A stretch of 64,000 bases of DNA from a virus: IMG/VR virus record IMGVR_UViG_3300020220_000041. One strand, 5' to 3'. Of this stretch, positions 52,731 through 62,126 are shown piece after piece; the stretch's first letter is position 1, and each line of letters begins with the position of its first letter. The position numbers and the translations under genes were made by a program. The notes under the pieces were generated by a model. It was not told where the DNA came from. It was given only the letters and a program-made list of their open reading frames with translations, and made no database searches.

Positions 52731-53291
52731 GTGTCGAAGGATGACATCTACATCAGCGTGGACATCGAGTCGGACGGTCCGATTCCAGGTCCCAATTCCA
52801 TGCTCTCTCTGGGCGCGGCAGCGTTCCGTGCCGGGAGTCGAGAGCCCCTCGCTACGTTCGAGGTGAACCTCACGCCGCTGTCGGGGGCCACCCCGGACCC
52901 CGAGACGATGGCGTGGTGGAGCAAGCAAGACCCCGAGGTATGGAAGCACGTCACCAGCAATCCGCTTGAGCCCCGGTCTGCGATGACGGCATTCGCGGAC
53001 TGGGTTCGGGGGCTCGGGGGCGACCCCGTGATGGTGGTGTACCCGACGTGGGACTCAGTCTGGATGCACTGGTACCTGGTTCGATTTTTGGGGAAGTCTC
53101 CCTTCGGACTGGGTGCGTTGGATGTCAAGACCCTGGCCTTCTCGAAGCTGGGAGGCCGAGATTTCAAAGGAACATCAAAGCGCAAGATGCCGAGTCAGTG
53201 GTTTGAGGGCTGCCCGCCCCACACCCACAAGGGGCTTGACGACGCCATCGGGCAGGGGATCTTGTTCATCAACATCTTGGAACAGAAGTAG
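52731..53291 (+). CDS. DEDDh 3'-5' exonuclease (DnaQ/RNase T-like)
   Basis: YISVDIESDGP ... HKGLDDAIGQG. Confidence 0.6.
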   Translation: MSKDDIYISVDIESDGPIPGPNSMLSLGAAAFRAGSREPLATFEVNLTPLSGATPDPETMAWWSKQDPEVWKHVTSNPLEPRSAMTAFADWVRGLGGDPVMVVYPTWDSVWMHWYLVRFLGKSPFGLGALDVKTLAFSKLGGRDFKGTSKRKMPSQWFEGCPPHTHKGLDDAIGQGILFINILEQK

Positions 53292-53323
53292 ACACCAGCG
53301 CACCCACGGGGTACACTGGTGTC

Positions 53324-53947
53324 ATGCCTTGTCCGAAATGCGGTGCGGATCGACCTCACTTTGCCAAGGGTCTGTGCAAAAGCTGCTACAACGGCGAGCA
53401 CAAGATCGCGGTGCCGCAGTCGTTGTCAGATCCCGCCTTGGCACAAAGATTTTGGTCGAAAGTCCAACACGGTTCCACGGACGCCTGCTGGCCGTGGCTG
53501 CACTCAACCACCAAGAAAGGGTACGGGAAGTTCAACTTCAACGGGAAAGGGTGGATGGCCCACCGGCTGGCGTGGGCCATCCACCACCAACGCGAACCCC
53601 TGCCCGACGAAGCCGTGTGTCATCAGTGCGACACCCCCGCTTGCTGCAACCCGACCCACTTGTGGGTCGGGTCTCGTAAGGACAACCTTCGCGACATGGT
53701 GGCGAAAGGCAGGCACGGAGCCACCAGACCCCGCGCCCTTCTCTTGCGGCTTATGGGCTTCGTTGATTCCAGGGGTTTAACAATCCCCGAACCCCTCCGT
53801 ACCGACCTTCAAACCTACTTGAAGGACTCCGCCCGGTGGCAGAACATCAAGGCTTCTTCGGCAACCCCTGTAGGAGCGGATTCCGAGGCTCCGATTCCGA
53901 CGGAGTCGGGGGCGGAGGAGGGGGTGGGGGAAACTGCGTCCGGCTGA
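53324..53947 (+). CDS. HNH endonuclease
   Basis: CHQCDTPACCNPTHLWVGSRKDN, with an N-terminal CPKCG...CKSC. Confidence 0.65.
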   Translation: MPCPKCGADRPHFAKGLCKSCYNGEHKIAVPQSLSDPALAQRFWSKVQHGSTDACWPWLHSTTKKGYGKFNFNGKGWMAHRLAWAIHHQREPLPDEAVCHQCDTPACCNPTHLWVGSRKDNLRDMVAKGRHGATRPRALLLRLMGFVDSRGLTIPEPLRTDLQTYLKDSARWQNIKASSATPVGADSEAPIPTESGAEEGVGETASG

Positions 53948-54075
53948 CCCTTGGGGACGGCTTCGCGGGTTTGGTCTTGATGGGTGCCTTTCGACAGTTA
54001 CAGCCCACGACGAGTGGCCTCCAGGTTCAGAGTAGCCCACATCGGGCGTAGATGAGGTGGAGTACAAGCTCAGCC

Positions 54076-54627
54076 ATGACACCGAAGAACTACGTCGAGA
54101 CCCACCAGCGTGAGGCGCTGCTGGGATACCAGATGACCGAGATCACGCCCCTAAACTCACCGGTGAGGGCGTTCCGACTCGACGCTCCAGCGGACGAGCC
54201 GCAGATGTCGGTGCTGATCACGTTCACGCCCGAGGGGCTCATCCTCCAGGGGCCGATGGGACCGAGGGGGACTGAAGGGAATGGAGTGGTGGCGGCCAAG
54301 GGATGCGACCTCAACTGGTTCTGTCGGGTGGAGTCACAGGAAGAGCTTCTGAAGGCGTTCTTCGCCCTCAAGGTCTACCAGGTAGAGGCGGCCTACCGCG
54401 ACCTCGTGAAGATGGCTGCAGGGTCGCCTCTCGACAACAGGATTCGCACGTTGTCCGAGGACTCCAAGGCCCTCCTGGACCAGGGCGTCATGATGCGTCG
54501 GCTGCTGGACCTGGGCTTCTCGATGGACGTGGCTTCGGAGGTAGGAGTGGACTACCCGCTCGATGATGCGGGGTGGATTTGCGCCATCCACGACAAGTTC
54601 GTCGAGCTTCGCCTTCAGGTGATGTGA
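54076..54627 (+). CDS. Hypothetical protein
   Basis: Internal ATG (MTPKNYVETHQ). Confidence 0.45.
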   Translation: MTPKNYVETHQREALLGYQMTEITPLNSPVRAFRLDAPADEPQMSVLITFTPEGLILQGPMGPRGTEGNGVVAAKGCDLNWFCRVESQEELLKAFFALKVYQVEAAYRDLVKMAAGSPLDNRIRTLSEDSKALLDQGVMMRRLLDLGFSMDVASEVGVDYPLDDAGWICAIHDKFVELRLQVM

Positions 54628-55025
54628 TGGGTCGTCCGCACTACAACCCCTTCGAGTTCGACATCCGCCCCCAACGGCGGCTGGAGTGCTCGTGGGAGGA
54701 AGTAGACGAGGAAAACCCTCGGGTTGCGCTCAAGGTGCTGTCCCGGTTTCGGCGAGAGAACCCAAAGCTGGGTGAGATTGCCGCCGAGAGGTTGTTGTGG
54801 GGCTACATCTGGACGGAAGGGGCGGGCCCGCTCGACCTGAGCCTCTCCGTCTCTGAACGGGCCGCGAAACGGGAAAACGCCGTGCAGACCGTGGTTCTGT
54901 TCTGTCAGCACGGGGATGTGACTGCGTTCAGCCAGAGTCTCATCTGGCCTCCCGATCTCGTGTGTGACGCCATCCTTGCGGAAGAAGAGGGGCGTCCCTC
55001 TATGAGCACTGTCCGAAACGGGTAG
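54627..55025 (+). CDS. Hypothetical protein
   Basis: TGATG overlap. MGRPHYNPFEFD... Confidence 0.45.
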   Translation: MGRPHYNPFEFDIRPQRRLECSWEEVDEENPRVALKVLSRFRRENPKLGEIAAERLLWGYIWTEGAGPLDLSLSVSERAAKRENAVQTVVLFCQHGDVTAFSQSLIWPPDLVCDAILAEEEGRPSMSTVRNG

Positions 55026-55045
55026 GGTCCGTCCACGAGGTCACC

Positions 55046-55528
55046 GTGGACGAACACGAAGCACTGAAGGCTGCGACGACGGCGGCCCGGATGTCCCCCT
55101 GTGCCAAGTCCAAACGGGGCGTGGTCGTATGGAGCCCCAAGCATGGGGTGTTCGCCGCATGCAATAACGGGCCCCCGCCAGGCTTCTCGTGCGACGGGTC
55201 CACAACGTGTCGGGCCTCCTGTGGCAAGGTAGCCGTCCACGCAGAACAAGCCGCCATCCTCGACTGCCACCGGTGGGGCAAGCCTGTCGCCCGGATGGAG
55301 ATGCTCCACGTCAAGGTTGAGAAGCGAGACGGGGAGTGGGTCGCAGTCACAAGCGGTGGCCCGTCGTGCCCCGACTGCTCGAAGCTCATCCTCGAATGCG
55401 GGATTGCGGGCATGTGGCTCTACGAGGAAGGGCCCGATGGCCCACGGTTGGTACGGTACACCGCCCACCAGTTCCACGACCTCACTCTGCGAAACTGCGG
55501 CCTCCACCCCTACAAGAAGGTTCCATGA
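55046..55528 (+). CDS. Cytidine/dCMP deaminase-fold protein
   Basis: VHAEQAAI ... PSCPDCSKLI (HAE / PCxxC zinc-binding). Confidence 0.65.
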   Translation: MDEHEALKAATTAARMSPCAKSKRGVVVWSPKHGVFAACNNGPPPGFSCDGSTTCRASCGKVAVHAEQAAILDCHRWGKPVARMEMLHVKVEKRDGEWVAVTSGGPSCPDCSKLILECGIAGMWLYEEGPDGPRLVRYTAHQFHDLTLRNCGLHPYKKVP

Positions 55529-56140
55529 TCATCGGCGATCCGCTTCTCGAACCACTTTCCGACACGACTCGATGAACTCTTCCACGCTTTGCGTGCCTTT
55601 CATCTTGTTGCAGATAAAACAAGCTGAAACACAGTTGTCCTCGAAGTAATCCTTGGAGCTATCTACCCGATCGAGCCCCAGAGTCTCATTTGGGCCGCCA
55701 CAGTAAAAACACGGCTTACCCACTACAAGTCTTTCCCAAACATCTTCGGGGAGGGCCGTTCGACCAGTGGTGCGGGTAGACCCCACATACGTCAAATAAC
55801 GGCCGTGTTGGGTTTTCCGGGAAAGACTCGAAGCCCGGTTCATACAAGCACGACACCACGAGTGTCGTCCATCCAATGATGAGGACAACACAGGGAAATC
55901 CGTCATTAGTTGCTCGACCGCACAACTACGGCACGTCTTCCTCCCTGTTTGAAGCCTTGTGTGCGCTGCTTCTCGCTGAGCCGTTTCAAGAAGCGCAGCT
56001 TTCGGGGGGCGGGTCTCCCGTTTGTATGCCGCAACGCAGCTTTTGCACCAGTAGTGGAGGGGCCGACCTCGCGACCCCTTGCAAAAGTCGGAGGCGGGTA
56101 GGGTCTGGCGACAACGATGGCATTCGACTTGTTCAGACAT
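55529..56140 (-). CDS. HNH endonuclease (AP2-HNH type)
   Basis: LGLDRVDSSKDYFEDNCVSACFICNKMKG. It lies on the minus strand inside the plus-strand block. Confidence 0.65.
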   Translation of the reverse strand: MSEQVECHRCRQTLPASDFCKGSRGRPLHYWCKSCVAAYKRETRPPKAALLETAQREAAHTRLQTGRKTCRSCAVEQLMTDFPVLSSSLDGRHSWCRACMNRASSLSRKTQHGRYLTYVGSTRTTGRTALPEDVWERLVVGKPCFYCGGPNETLGLDRVDSSKDYFEDNCVSACFICNKMKGTQSVEEFIESCRKVVREADRR

Positions 56141-56154
56141 GCTGGAGTATAGCC

Positions 56155-56766
56155 GTGACCGAACGAAGCGTAAAGATTTTTGCGATCAGCGGGAAGAAGC
56201 GTCACGGCAAGGATTCTGTGGCTCGCGTCCTCAACGAGTGGGGCGTTCACCGCCTGGCTTTCGCGGACCACCTGAAGTGGCTGGCGATGAAGACGTGGGA
56301 CCTGTCGTTCGAGCAGGTGTACGGGGATGACCTGAAGGAAGTGGTGGACGAGCGTTGGGGGCTCACGCCTCGGTTCATGCTTCAGCAACTCGGCACCCAG
56401 GTTGGCCGCAACATCCACGAGATGACGTGGGTGCGGAAGGCGCTCGACACCATCGAGAAGGCCGCGAGGGGTGAGCCAGTCATCCTGCCGAACCTCGAGA
56501 CGCGGAAGTTCGAGGAGACCGAGTTCGCCGAAGGGTGGGCAGACCGGTGGTGCATCCCCGACTGCCGTTTCCCTGGGGAGGCGGATGCGGTCAAGGCGAG
56601 GGGGGGCATCGTCATCAAGGTGGTGCGGCCGTCCCTCGTGTCGAACGACACGCACGCCAGCGAGACCGAGGTGGACAACGTGAAGGAGGACTACCTCGTC
56701 ATGAACGACGGGTCGATCGCCGACCTTCACGCAGGGATTCAAGCCATCATCGACCGGGTGCTGTGA
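56155..56766 (+). CDS. Deoxynucleoside monophosphate kinase (T4 gp1-like)
   Basis: IFAISGKKRHGKDSVA (P-loop). GTG start. Confidence 0.6.
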   Translation: MTERSVKIFAISGKKRHGKDSVARVLNEWGVHRLAFADHLKWLAMKTWDLSFEQVYGDDLKEVVDERWGLTPRFMLQQLGTQVGRNIHEMTWVRKALDTIEKAARGEPVILPNLETRKFEETEFAEGWADRWCIPDCRFPGEADAVKARGGIVIKVVRPSLVSNDTHASETEVDNVKEDYLVMNDGSIADLHAGIQAIIDRVL

Positions 56767-57323
56767 TGCGGCGGGTCATCCTCGACGTGGACGGGGTGTC
56801 GGCGGACTTCGTGACGCACACCCTCCGGACGCTGGCCGCTCTGGGCGGCCCTCAGATGCAGCACGACGACATCGGCACCTGGGACATCTTCGGCTCGGTG
56901 CCGAGGGAGTGGGAGGACCGCGTGGTGGCGGAGTGGCATCGCCCCGGCTGGTGTGCGGGGATTCCGCTCTACGACGGGGCGCGTGAAGCCATCATGGCCT
57001 TGCGCGAGGTCGCGGAGGTTGTGTTCGTCACGACCGCGATGGAGGACGCTCCTCACTGGATGTGGGAGCGAGATCGGTGGCTCCGGCACCGGCTCAACGC
57101 GGGTGCTCGGGACATCATCTTCGCTGCCTCGAAGAAGCACATCGCTGCAGACCTGTTCATCGACGACAAGGCCAGCAACGTCAGCGAGTGGCACCGGGCT
57201 CACCCGGAGTCGGTTGCCATCCTGTGGGATCAGCCGTACAACAGGCAAGAACGCTTGCCCGACGGCGTGATTCGCTCACGTTCTTGGGAGCAGATTGTCC
57301 AGTTGGCGTCACGTACCGTGTAG
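56766..57323 (+). CDS. HAD-superfamily 5'(3')-deoxyribonucleotidase
   Basis: ILDVDGVSADF (DxDGV), with DD near the C-terminus. ATG overlaps the upstream TGA. Confidence 0.6.
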   Translation: MRRVILDVDGVSADFVTHTLRTLAALGGPQMQHDDIGTWDIFGSVPREWEDRVVAEWHRPGWCAGIPLYDGAREAIMALREVAEVVFVTTAMEDAPHWMWERDRWLRHRLNAGARDIIFAASKKHIAADLFIDDKASNVSEWHRAHPESVAILWDQPYNRQERLPDGVIRSRSWEQIVQLASRTV

Positions 57324-57341
57324 GGAACGGCGGGAGGAGCG

Positions 57342-57536
57342 GTGTTCAACAACAGCATTCAACTCGCCGACGGGTCGGTGGTCGAGGAGTTCAAGATCGA
57401 CGGAGAGTCCGTGTCGGGGACGCGCATCCTTCCGACGGGCCAGCGGGTCCGGTTCTGGACCAGCAGGGCCAACTGGGACGAGATTTGCCGGGAAAACGCC
57501 CGTCGTTCCCAGTCTCCCCAAGCGCCCAACCCGTAG
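57342..57536 (+). CDS. Small hypothetical protein
   Basis: 64 aa. Confidence 0.35.
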   Translation: MFNNSIQLADGSVVEEFKIDGESVSGTRILPTGQRVRFWTSRANWDEICRENARRSQSPQAPNP

Positions 57537-57579
57537 TCCGGTCGGAACCCTATACCTCTCGGAGAGTGGAGGAACGCCA

Positions 57580-57963
57580 GTGAGGCCATCATCCACCCGA
57601 GTCGCGTTCCGGCACCTCATCGCCGCCAAGCCGGGCTCACCCGAAGACCTCCTCCGGATCTGGTTGGGTGAGGTCGGGAACTTCGTGGCGCAGATGGTGG
57701 GTGGTTCCTCGAGGCTGGAGTTCAAGAAGGGCCACATCGTCGTCGTGGATGTCCGGAACCCCGAGATGGTGGAGCGCATCGGCATCCGGTTCGAGGGCTA
57801 CAAGATGGTCCTGTCCCTCCATCACCAACTCGGCGCGGACGTGGGTGAGGTGGACTCCCTCGACTTCCCCATCTTCATGAAGATGCCGCCCCGTGAAGCC
57901 GCGACTTGGGCGGTAGAGAACACTCACGGGAGGGCACAGGTGGCCCTCTTCAAGAGGGGATGA
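57580..57963 (+). CDS. Hypothetical protein
   Basis: GTG with a GGAGAGTGGAGGA RBS. Confidence 0.45.
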   Translation: MRPSSTRVAFRHLIAAKPGSPEDLLRIWLGEVGNFVAQMVGGSSRLEFKKGHIVVVDVRNPEMVERIGIRFEGYKMVLSLHHQLGADVGEVDSLDFPIFMKMPPREAATWAVENTHGRAQVALFKRG

Positions 57964-58217
57964 TGCGGCGTCGAACCTTCCTGGTGCAAGACCTCACCAC
58001 CCTGACCCTCCAACTGGTCGAGGCAGACGGCACTCTGCTGTGCAGCATCTCCTTCAGTTGGGCGGATGCGGGCGTGGTAGTGGTGTTGCCACCGGGGAGC
58101 TTGAGGCACATGGGGTCGTTCCAGGATGTGTTCAACCTGCTCATCCGGTACCCGGAATCGACCAGAGATCAAGTCGTTGCTTCGCTTCCCCGCTACGGGT
58201 ACACGTCCGCGCAATAG
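57960..58217 (+). CDS. Hypothetical protein
   Basis: ATGA overlap. 85 aa. Confidence 0.4.
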   Translation: MMRRRTFLVQDLTTLTLQLVEADGTLLCSISFSWADAGVVVVLPPGSLRHMGSFQDVFNLLIRYPESTRDQVVASLPRYGYTSAQ

Positions 58218-58307
58218 GGTTCTCGACTTCGCCGTACTTCTGGTCCGTGTCCGGGGGGTCGGTTTCCCCTCCTCCCCGTGTAAAGACGGGCAGGAGGCTG
58301 AACAGCG

Positions 58308-58949
58308 ATGCTCGAGTGGATCCAGGGCTGGTACAATTGGCCGTTTCTCCTATCGCTTTTCGTCGGGCTCGGGCTCGCAACGCTCTCGGTGCTCGGCTTC
58401 TCCAAGGACGGCGGTGTAGACCTGGACGGAGACGGAGTCCCGGACATCGGGGCTCCAGGCAGGCATGAGCCTGGTCACCTCTCGATGGAGGGGTTCGGCT
58501 GGCTCGGCTTGGGCAAGGCTCCGCTGTCGGTGCTCCTCCAGACGCTCACCCTGACGTTCGGCCTCGTGGGCTTGTTGGTCAACGCCTTCGCCCATGATGT
58601 TGTCGGCGACTGGGACGTTCTGGCGTTCCCGCTGTCGTTCGGGGTGGCCGCCGTCGGTTCAATGGCTGCCACCCGGGGCGTCGCCTCTCTGTTCTTCCGG
58701 TTCATGCCGCCCGAGCGGGCCACGGGCGCACAGCCCGGTGAGTTCGTCGGCAAGAGCGGCAAGGCCGCATCCGGCATCACCCTTTCGTTTGGGCAAGTGC
58801 AGGTCGAGGAGGAGAACAGCAACGCTCTCCTCAACGCTTGTGTTGCCCCTGGAGCCTCCGAAATCGAACGCGGCACGGAGGTTCTGTTGGTTGGCTACGA
58901 CAAAGAACGCCGCATTTACCTCGCAATCTCCATCCCTTCGGAGACGTGA
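58308..58949 (+). CDS. NfeD-like membrane protein
   Basis: Three TM segments, then a soluble beta-rich C-terminus (GEFVGKSGKAASGITLSFGQVQVEEENSNALLNA...). It sits immediately upstream of the flotillin gene. Confidence 0.5.
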   Translation: MLEWIQGWYNWPFLLSLFVGLGLATLSVLGFSKDGGVDLDGDGVPDIGAPGRHEPGHLSMEGFGWLGLGKAPLSVLLQTLTLTFGLVGLLVNAFAHDVVGDWDVLAFPLSFGVAAVGSMAATRGVASLFFRFMPPERATGAQPGEFVGKSGKAASGITLSFGQVQVEEENSNALLNACVAPGASEIERGTEVLLVGYDKERRIYLAISIPSET

Positions 58950-58955
58950 AGCATC

Positions 58956-61031
58956 ATGGACGCAATGCCTACCACCCTGATCATGCTGGCTGTCGCAGCC
59001 GTTGCCGTGATCGTGTTCATCGTGAGCACGATGGCTGCCATCAAGGCGTTCTACAAGGTCCCCAACGCGGACGAAGCCCTCGTCAAGACGGGCGGCAAAG
59101 AGCCCGTGGTGAGCACGGGCGGTGGCCTGTGGGTCATCCCGATGTTCCACAAGGTCACGAAGGTCAGCCTCCGTGCCGTGAAGATCCCCATCAACCGCAC
59201 GGGTGATGACGCCCTCCCGACGGCGAACAAGATCCCCGCCGAGATCATCGGTGAGTTGATCGTCCGCGTGGACTCGTCGAACACCGCGCACATCATCCTC
59301 GCGGCCCAGGCGTTGGGCTCCGAGTCCGAGTCCACGGGCCACATCGAAGGCCGGATGAGCCAGATCATCCAGCAGCAGGTGGACAGCCTCGTCACCGACG
59401 CTCTCCGTACCGCCGCCTTCAAGAAGGCGTTCGAGAAGCTCAACTCCGAGAAGAAGGAGTTCGCCGACGAGGTGACCCAGCTTCTCGGTGAAGACCTCGC
59501 GAAGCTCGGCCTCGTGCTCGTGGCCGTGACCATCCCGAGCATCAAGCAGGGTGCCTTCACGAAGGACGCTGGTGACGTGTTCGCGGCCGAAGGTCAGCGC
59601 AACGTCGCCGAGACGGTCGCCAAGAACAAGCAGGAGACCAACCTCATCAACCGCGAGGCCGAGGTCAAGATCCAGGAGCAGGACGTGGCGGCCCGGAAGC
59701 GCCAGCTTGCGTTGGACCTCGAGCGGAAGCAACTCGAAGCCGACCAGACCCGCCAGGTGTCCGAGTACGAGGCCACCCAGGCGACCGAGACGAAGAAGGC
59801 CGTGTTGGCCCAGGAACAGGCACAGGCCGTGGCATCGGCCACCCAGGCCGAGCAGGTCGCCAAGGCGGAGATCGCTCGCGACCAGTCCGTGAAGGCGGCC
59901 GAGATCGCCCGTGACCAGACCTTGGCCACCCAGCAGGCCAAGGCCGCTGCGGAACAGAAGAAGGCCGAGGAGGAGGCCGCCCGGATCAAGTCCGAGGCCG
60001 AGATCGCCCGTCAGAAGGCGGTCGAGGCGGCGGCCATCGAGAAGGACCAGACCATCAAGGTCGCCGACCAGAAGCGTCAGCAAGCGGTGTCCGAGGCCGA
60101 GATCGCCCGTGAGGTCGCCGTCGCACAGCGGAAGGCCGAGGAGGCACAGGCTCGGGCGACCCAGGCGACTGCGGAAGCCGAGAAGCAGAAGGCCGAACAG
60201 GCCATCGTGACGGTCGAGGCCGAGGCGAAGGCCGACCGTGAGAAGCGCGTCGTCACCATCAAGGCCGAGGAGGAGGCCACCAAGGCCAAGGTCGCTGCCG
60301 ACCGGGACGCCTACGTCCAGACGAAGAAGGCGGAAGCCGATCGCGACGCGGCCCAGAAGCGGGCCGAGGCGGCCAAGGTCGAGGCCGAAGGAAAGGCCCA
60401 GGCGGTCACCGCCGAAGCGGATGGTCGGGCTCGGGCGTTGAAGGCGGACGCCACCGGTAAGGCCGAAGCGGCCAAGTCCGAGGCGGAGGGTCGTGCCGAG
60501 GCCCTGAAGCTCCAGGCGCAGGCCGAAGCGGAGGCCCGTACCATCAAGGCGAACGCGGAGTCCGAGGCGGCCGACAAGGAAGCCAAGGCGAAGATCGCCC
60601 TGGCGGGGGCCATCCTCGAGGAAGGCAAGGCCCGTGCGGAGGCCGAGCGCCTGCTCACCGAGGCCAAGAACGCCGTCTCGAAGGAGACGATGATCCGCGA
60701 CGTGTCGCTGAAGCTCGTCGAACAGGCTCCGGCCATCGTCCGCGAGTTCATGGCTCCGATCACGAAGGTCTCCGACGTGAAGGTGCTCCAGATCAACGGG
60801 CTCGGTGGCGGCGACGGGGATGGGTCGAACCTCCCGGCGACCATCATGGGTGCGGGGCTGGCTGCCTCCGGGGCTCTCCCGCTCGTGAAGGAGGCCATGA
60901 AGGGGCTCGTCCAGAACCCCGAGGTGCAGGAGATCACCAGCATCCTCGGGAACGTCGCCAAGGACACCCTCCGTGGTGCGGCCTCGGCGGTGCGCGAGGG
61001 TGCGGGTCACTCTCCCGACAACGGAGCTTGA
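58956..61031 (+). CDS. Flotillin-like SPFH/band-7 protein with long Ala/Glu/Lys coiled coil
   Basis: N-terminal TM, then an SPFH core (ALVKTGGKEPVVSTGGGLWVIPMFHKVTKVSLRAVKIPI), then ~400 aa of AEAK-type heptads. Confidence 0.7.
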   Translation: MDAMPTTLIMLAVAAVAVIVFIVSTMAAIKAFYKVPNADEALVKTGGKEPVVSTGGGLWVIPMFHKVTKVSLRAVKIPINRTGDDALPTANKIPAEIIGELIVRVDSSNTAHIILAAQALGSESESTGHIEGRMSQIIQQQVDSLVTDALRTAAFKKAFEKLNSEKKEFADEVTQLLGEDLAKLGLVLVAVTIPSIKQGAFTKDAGDVFAAEGQRNVAETVAKNKQETNLINREAEVKIQEQDVAARKRQLALDLERKQLEADQTRQVSEYEATQATETKKAVLAQEQAQAVASATQAEQVAKAEIARDQSVKAAEIARDQTLATQQAKAAAEQKKAEEEAARIKSEAEIARQKAVEAAAIEKDQTIKVADQKRQQAVSEAEIAREVAVAQRKAEEAQARATQATAEAEKQKAEQAIVTVEAEAKADREKRVVTIKAEEEATKAKVAADRDAYVQTKKAEADRDAAQKRAEAAKVEAEGKAQAVTAEADGRARALKADATGKAEAAKSEAEGRAEALKLQAQAEAEARTIKANAESEAADKEAKAKIALAGAILEEGKARAEAERLLTEAKNAVSKETMIRDVSLKLVEQAPAIVREFMAPITKVSDVKVLQINGLGGGDGDGSNLPATIMGAGLAASGALPLVKEAMKGLVQNPEVQEITSILGNVAKDTLRGAASAVREGAGHSPDNGA

Positions 61032-61032
61032 G

Positions 61033-61797
61033 ATGACGGTGGGGACGCCGCACGCAACCCAGGAGAGCCAGAAGGGGTGGCCCCTTCTGGCTCCGCTCAC
61101 TCCCTCCGAGGTGGCCTCGATCCTGGAGGAGCTTGCGGACGCCCTGGAGAGGCGTCCCCACCTTCAGAACGACCCTGCGTTCATGGGCTCGATGCGGCTG
61201 GCTCTGACGGCCGCATCGGCCTCCAGGGTCCACGTCGAGAGGGTGTACGAGAGTGCTCCGCCTGTTGAGGTGGTTCGCGAAGTGGTCCGCGAGGTGCCCG
61301 TCTTCGACGCCACGAGCCTGACCACGCTCAACCTCGAAGTAGAGCGGCTCAAGCTGGCTCTGACCTCCGCCCGTTCTGAGTTGGAGGAAGCCAACATGGA
61401 ACGGGTGGGCGCACAGGTTCGGCTCGAGGAGGTCGCGACCAAGCTGAAAGACGCTCGGGCCAAGATCGCCAAGGTCATCCAAGAACACACCGACCGCGTC
61501 GAGCAGCTTCAGGCGGAAGCTGTGGCCCAGTGTACGGACAGGGACACCCGGCTGGCGACGACACGAGAACAGGTGGCCAAGCTGGAGTCCAACCGCGACC
61601 AGGTGGTCAAGCTCCTTCAAGCCGCCCAGTTCTCGGGCCAAAGCGCGAAGTACCAGTTCCAGAAGACCCGCAAACCCATCCCGTGTTGTCCTATCTGTGG
61701 CGGGCTCACCACGGATGCGGGTCTGACCGCCGATAAAGATGTCGGCCATCGAAAGAACTGCTGGATTAGCGGGGCGTTGCTTGCACTGACCCGGTAG
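61033..61797 (+). CDS. Coiled-coil protein with C-terminal CCPICG motif
   Basis: 254 aa. The stop of the flotillin gene abuts its ATG. Confidence 0.5.
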   Translation: MTVGTPHATQESQKGWPLLAPLTPSEVASILEELADALERRPHLQNDPAFMGSMRLALTAASASRVHVERVYESAPPVEVVREVVREVPVFDATSLTTLNLEVERLKLALTSARSELEEANMERVGAQVRLEEVATKLKDARAKIAKVIQEHTDRVEQLQAEAVAQCTDRDTRLATTREQVAKLESNRDQVVKLLQAAQFSGQSAKYQFQKTRKPIPCCPICGGLTTDAGLTADKDVGHRKNCWISGALLALTR

Positions 61798-61832
61798 ACC
61801 TTTGATGTCCTCTGTTTGTAGAGGAGGCGCAC

Positions 61833-62090
61833 ATGGTCATCGACATGAACCACCCTCTGGCCCCGTACTGCGTTGTGCTGCGGAAAGGGAAGCCAGTCGG
61901 GTTCGTGACCCGGATCGACACCCACACCATGACCTTGTGGCGTACCGGTCCCGAGTTGACTGGTGACACCCCCGGTTCGCAGGCGGTGTACGCGGAGAAG
62001 TTCGACGAGGTTCGGTACAGCCCGGACCTTCCGACGTACCTAAGGGTGCTTCTCCCGAAGGGCTGGAAGCCGGTCACCATCATCAACTGA
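61833..62090 (+). CDS. Hypothetical protein
   Basis: GAGGAGG RBS. 85 aa. Confidence 0.5.
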   Translation: MVIDMNHPLAPYCVVLRKGKPVGFVTRIDTHTMTLWRTGPELTGDTPGSQAVYAEKFDEVRYSPDLPTYLRVLLPKGWKPVTIIN

Positions 62091-62126
62091 CCTCGTTCGG
62101 GTAAAGCGTGTCCAGGAGGGCGCGCG

